Of a DNA stretch of 64,000 bases, positions 60,971 to 64,000 are shown in pieces. The stretch's first letter is position 1. Each line of letters begins with the position of its first letter. The DNA comes from Candidatus Latescibacterota bacterium (GTDB lineage: Bacteria > Latescibacterota > UBA2968 > UBA8231): the NCBI GenBank assembly GCA_965223905.1, contig CBDCXV010000009.1, positions 1 to 64,000 of the forward strand, written 5' to 3'. The notes under the pieces are model-generated. The model was not told the origin of the DNA. It made no database searches and worked only from the letters and a program-made list of their open reading frames with translations. A program made the position numbers and the translations under genes.

Positions 60971-62161
60971 CTACGGCTCGGTTCCGGTGATTCGCCGGTA
61001 GGCCTCCGGGTCGCCGGCCCCCTCGGTCGAGAACAGCAGCACCTTCGATTCCGCGTCGAGCTGCAGTTCCCTGAACAGCCGCTCGTCGTTGCCGGCTTCG
61101 ACCAGCAGGCCCGCGGTCACCGCCCCCGACTCTCCCGAGACGACGCGCGCATCCCCGGCACCCGGATGGGCGAGGCTGCGCATTCCCGACTCCGCGACCT
61201 GATCCGGACAACGGACGAAGAAATCGGCGTGATCCCGCAGGATCGGCCAGGCCAGCGGGTTGTTCTCGCCCGCTGCCAGGCAGGCCATGATGGTCTCGTG
61301 GTGGGCATCGACGATGGCGCGGGAGCGCCCGTCCCCGGCCCGGGCGGAGGCGAAGCAGGAGGCCATCGCCAGCGGCTCGACCACGGCCAGCAGCGGCCGC
61401 CGCGCTCCGTAGCGCTCGACGAGATACCCCTGCAGGGCGCCGGCGAATGATCCGACCCCGGCCTGGATGAACAGGTGCGTCGGCAGCTCTCCCGCCTGCT
61501 CCAAGGCTTCGGCCAACATCGTCAGGTACCCCTGCATGATCCACACCGGCACCTCCTCGTACCCCTCCCAGGCGGTGTCCTGGATCAGCACCCAGCCCCG
61601 CCTTTCCGCCTCGGCGGCGACGATGCGCACGGTGTCGTCGTAGTTGCAGTCGGTGACGGTGGTCTCGGCGCCGTGCCCCCGGATGCGCTCGACCCGGACC
61701 GGGGCCGCGTGGGAGGGCAGGAAGACCGCGGCCTTCTGCCCGAGTTGCTGCGCCGCCCAGGCGACGCCGCGGCCGTGGTTGCCGTCGGTCGCCGTGGCGA
61801 AGACGAGATCGCCGAGGGCAGCCCTCGCCCCGGGGGAGGTCAGGTCGCCGAAGGTGATGCCGGCGACATCGCGCTCGAGCCTGCCGGCGAGGACGCCGGC
61901 GACGGCGTACGAGGCGCCCAACCCCTTGAAGGCGTTGAGGCCGAAACGGGTCGACTCGTCCTTGACCCATACCGCGGAAACACCGAGCGACGCCGCCAGG
62001 GCGGGGAGGGGGTGCAGGGCCGTGGGGGAATAGCCCGGAATCGAGCGGTGAAAGGCGGCAGCCTCTTCCGCAAAGCGGGGGGCAAACCGGGAAGTGCGGG
62101 ACCCGGTCACGTCGCGGGCCGCGGCCCGGTTGTCGAAGACCTCGACTGATTCGGAGGGCAT
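60971..62161 (-). CDS. dpaL: Diaminopropionate ammonia-lyase
   Basis: VKDESTRFGLNAFKGLG, ATDGNHGRG, QDTAWEGY, IMQGY, QAGVGS, SGESGA, STEG. Confidence 0.92.
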   Translation of the reverse strand: MPSESVEVFDNRAAARDVTGSRTSRFAPRFAEEAAAFHRSIPGYSPTALHPLPALAASLGVSAVWVKDESTRFGLNAFKGLGASYAVAGVLAGRLERDVAGITFGDLTSPGARAALGDLVFATATDGNHGRGVAWAAQQLGQKAAVFLPSHAAPVRVERIRGHGAETTVTDCNYDDTVRIVAAEAERRGWVLIQDTAWEGYEEVPVWIMQGYLTMLAEALEQAGELPTHLFIQAGVGSFAGALQGYLVERYGARRPLLAVVEPLAMASCFASARAGDGRSRAIVDAHHETIMACLAAGENNPLAWPILRDHADFFVRCPDQVAESGMRSLAHPGAGDARVVSGESGAVTAGLLVEAGNDERLFRELQLDAESKVLLFSTEGAGDPEAYRRITGTEP

Positions 62162-62294
62162 CGGGATTCAGGAACCTCGCTGGTGGTCTTTCTTCATGCC
62201 ATTGCCGATCCCCCCATACATTACGACACCCATGGCTACCTGTCGTCCCGGATGGGAGGACGCGTACCAATACCGAATCTCTGGAGAGAGCTTG

Positions 62295-63512
62295 ATGAGG
62301 TTTTTCGTCGGAATGTGGGCGGCGCTGTCGATGGCCGCGTGCGGGGTCAACGAAGTGACTGTCCGGATCGAAGGGGGCGACGGCAACAAGATCCGGCTGG
62401 ACGCCGCCGGGCTCGAGCACAAGTTCAACCGGCTCGTGGACGCGGGGTCCTTTTCCTTTGCGGGAGTCCGGGAAGGGGAGTACGCGATCAACGTAGCAGC
62501 CAGCGAGGTAGTGGTGACCCGGACGTTGAAGGTGGAATCGGAGCCACTGTTCGGTGTACAGACGTACGAGCTGTCGATCGCCATTCCCGAAGACGGCAAC
62601 GGCCCCTACCAGCCGCAGGGCACCATCGCCTACGCCTCCACGCCGACAGCGGTTCGCGACTGGGACCTGTTCACCATCCCTGCCGGCGGCGGCGAGCCAA
62701 CCCAACTGACTCACACTCGGGAATTCGAGCGGCATCCCGCCTGGTCGCCCCACGGCAACGAGATCGCTTTCACCCGCGGAGAGATGATGACCAACATCGA
62801 CATCTGGGTGATGGCTGCCGACGGCAGCGGCGAGCGGCGCCTGACCGAGCATCCCGAGCGCGACGCACATCCGGCCTGGTCGCCGGACGGCGGCACCATC
62901 GCCTTCCTCAGCCAGCGCGAGGGCGACCTGGCGATCTGGCTCATGGACAGCGCCGACGGCGGCAACAAGCGCAGGCTGGTCAAAGGAAAGGAGCCGTCCT
63001 GGTCCCCGGACGGCAGCCGCATCGCCTTCACTTCCGGGGACTTCGACGACAACGACGAGATCTACATCATCGACGTCGACGGCTCAAACATGCGCCGCAT
63101 GACCGAGAACAGGCACTACGACTGGAACTCGTCATGGTCTCCCGACGGCGCCCGTCTCGCCTTCAGCAGCGAGCGCTTCCAGGGCCAGGAGCTGATGGTG
63201 GCGGACGCCGAGAGCGGCGGCCAGGTGCGCATCACCGTGGCCAGGAACACGTTCGAGCTGGATCCGTCCTGGTCCCCGGACGGCCGCGCCCTGGCCTACC
63301 AGGGGAAGATGAACTTCCGCGAAGACGGAGAGCTCGACGTCGACTTCAACGACCGCACGGGGAAGTGGGTGCTGCACGGCACCTTCGACATCTTCGTCGT
63401 ACCTGCCGTCGGGTTCGACTGGGACGACGTCGAGGATCACCCCGTCATGCCGGTCAATCTGACCAACACCACCGATCGCGACGAGAAATCGCCGAGCTGG
63501 CGGCCGTTCTGA
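62295..63512 (+). CDS. Lipoprotein with TolB-like PD40 repeats
   Basis: Lipobox-like MAAC; repeated P.WSPDG..IAF. Confidence 0.87.
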   Translation: MRFFVGMWAALSMAACGVNEVTVRIEGGDGNKIRLDAAGLEHKFNRLVDAGSFSFAGVREGEYAINVAASEVVVTRTLKVESEPLFGVQTYELSIAIPEDGNGPYQPQGTIAYASTPTAVRDWDLFTIPAGGGEPTQLTHTREFERHPAWSPHGNEIAFTRGEMMTNIDIWVMAADGSGERRLTEHPERDAHPAWSPDGGTIAFLSQREGDLAIWLMDSADGGNKRRLVKGKEPSWSPDGSRIAFTSGDFDDNDEIYIIDVDGSNMRRMTENRHYDWNSSWSPDGARLAFSSERFQGQELMVADAESGGQVRITVARNTFELDPSWSPDGRALAYQGKMNFREDGELDVDFNDRTGKWVLHGTFDIFVVPAVGFDWDDVEDHPVMPVNLTNTTDRDEKSPSWRPF

Positions 63513-63764
63513 TCGCAGGGGTCCGAAGCCCGGCAGGGGACGTGGGTGACCAAACGCCAAAGCGACAAAATTGTAGATGCGACCAGAATTGTAGAGAGCT
63601 ACTGGTCGCAGCGGTACGTCTGAGCAGCTACAGACTGAGCTACAAGCGGCCATCTCGACGCGCCGGCGCGCTTCCGGAGGCTCGCAAAGGCCGCGCTGAT
63701 CCGTCCCTCCCAAGGCTCCCCGGCTTCCCGGAGGGGGCCGCGCGGTTTCTTGCGCCGGGCGGCG

Positions 63765-64000
63765 CTACCGGGGGTTCCGCTGGCGGTAGATCGAACCGGA
63801 CTTCACCACCGTGACCGGCTCCAGCACGCGGCTGGCGGTGCGGGAATGGCCGTAGGCGTCGTCGAGCCGGAACTCCCCTTGGCGCAGCTCGAAGAGCACG
63901 GCGTCCCCCCAGGCGCCGCTTCGCAGCGTGCCGATCTCCCCTTCCATGCCGACGACTGCGGCCGGAACCGAGGTGACCTTGGCGATGCAGTCGTCGAGAG
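63765..64000 (-). CDS. Amidohydrolase/deacetylase (dihydroorotase-like), C-terminal part only
   Basis: KVTSVPAA..GM..EIGTL..GA.GD..LF, runs off the window edge. Confidence 0.7.
   Translation of the reverse strand, partial: LDDCIAKVTSVPAAVVGMEGEIGTLRSGAWGDAVLFELRQGEFRLDDAYGHSRTASRVLEPVTVVKSGSIYRQRNPR

Overview
GC-rich bacterial window with lower-GC accessory patches. The gene content (seven PhyH-family dioxygenases, three ThDP enzymes, Kelch/WD40/PD40 propellers, an FlgD-Ig C-terminal domain) resembles FCB-group or Poribacteria-like marine/sponge-associated bacteria; this is an inference. Bases ~1.57-14.6 kb are a type I-E CRISPR-Cas locus on the - strand: cas3-cas8e-cas11-cas6-[MNT-HEPN]-cas7-cas5-cas1-cas2-[DEDDy exonuclease]-leader-array (27 repeats, 26 spacers). 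Three things in it stand out: an MNT-HEPN pair translationally coupled inside the Cascade operon, a stand-alone YprB/RNase_H_2-type exonuclease coupled to cas2, and an IS1380 element that splits the Cas3 HD domain (6-bp target duplication; excision restores the frame). Next to it are an IS4 and an HD-phosphohydrolase plus YwgA/SocA-like two-gene module that is a candidate defence or toxin-antitoxin system. The rest is mostly catabolic genes, ahcY, an rpoZ-like gene, msrB, dpaL and IS remnants. Two PhyH paralogs carry HxG instead of HxD, a halogenase-like signature. Several single-base frameshifts at 32.9-43 kb suggest consensus errors, so fine indel detail, including within the array, needs read-level checking. 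No rRNA or tRNA was recognised.
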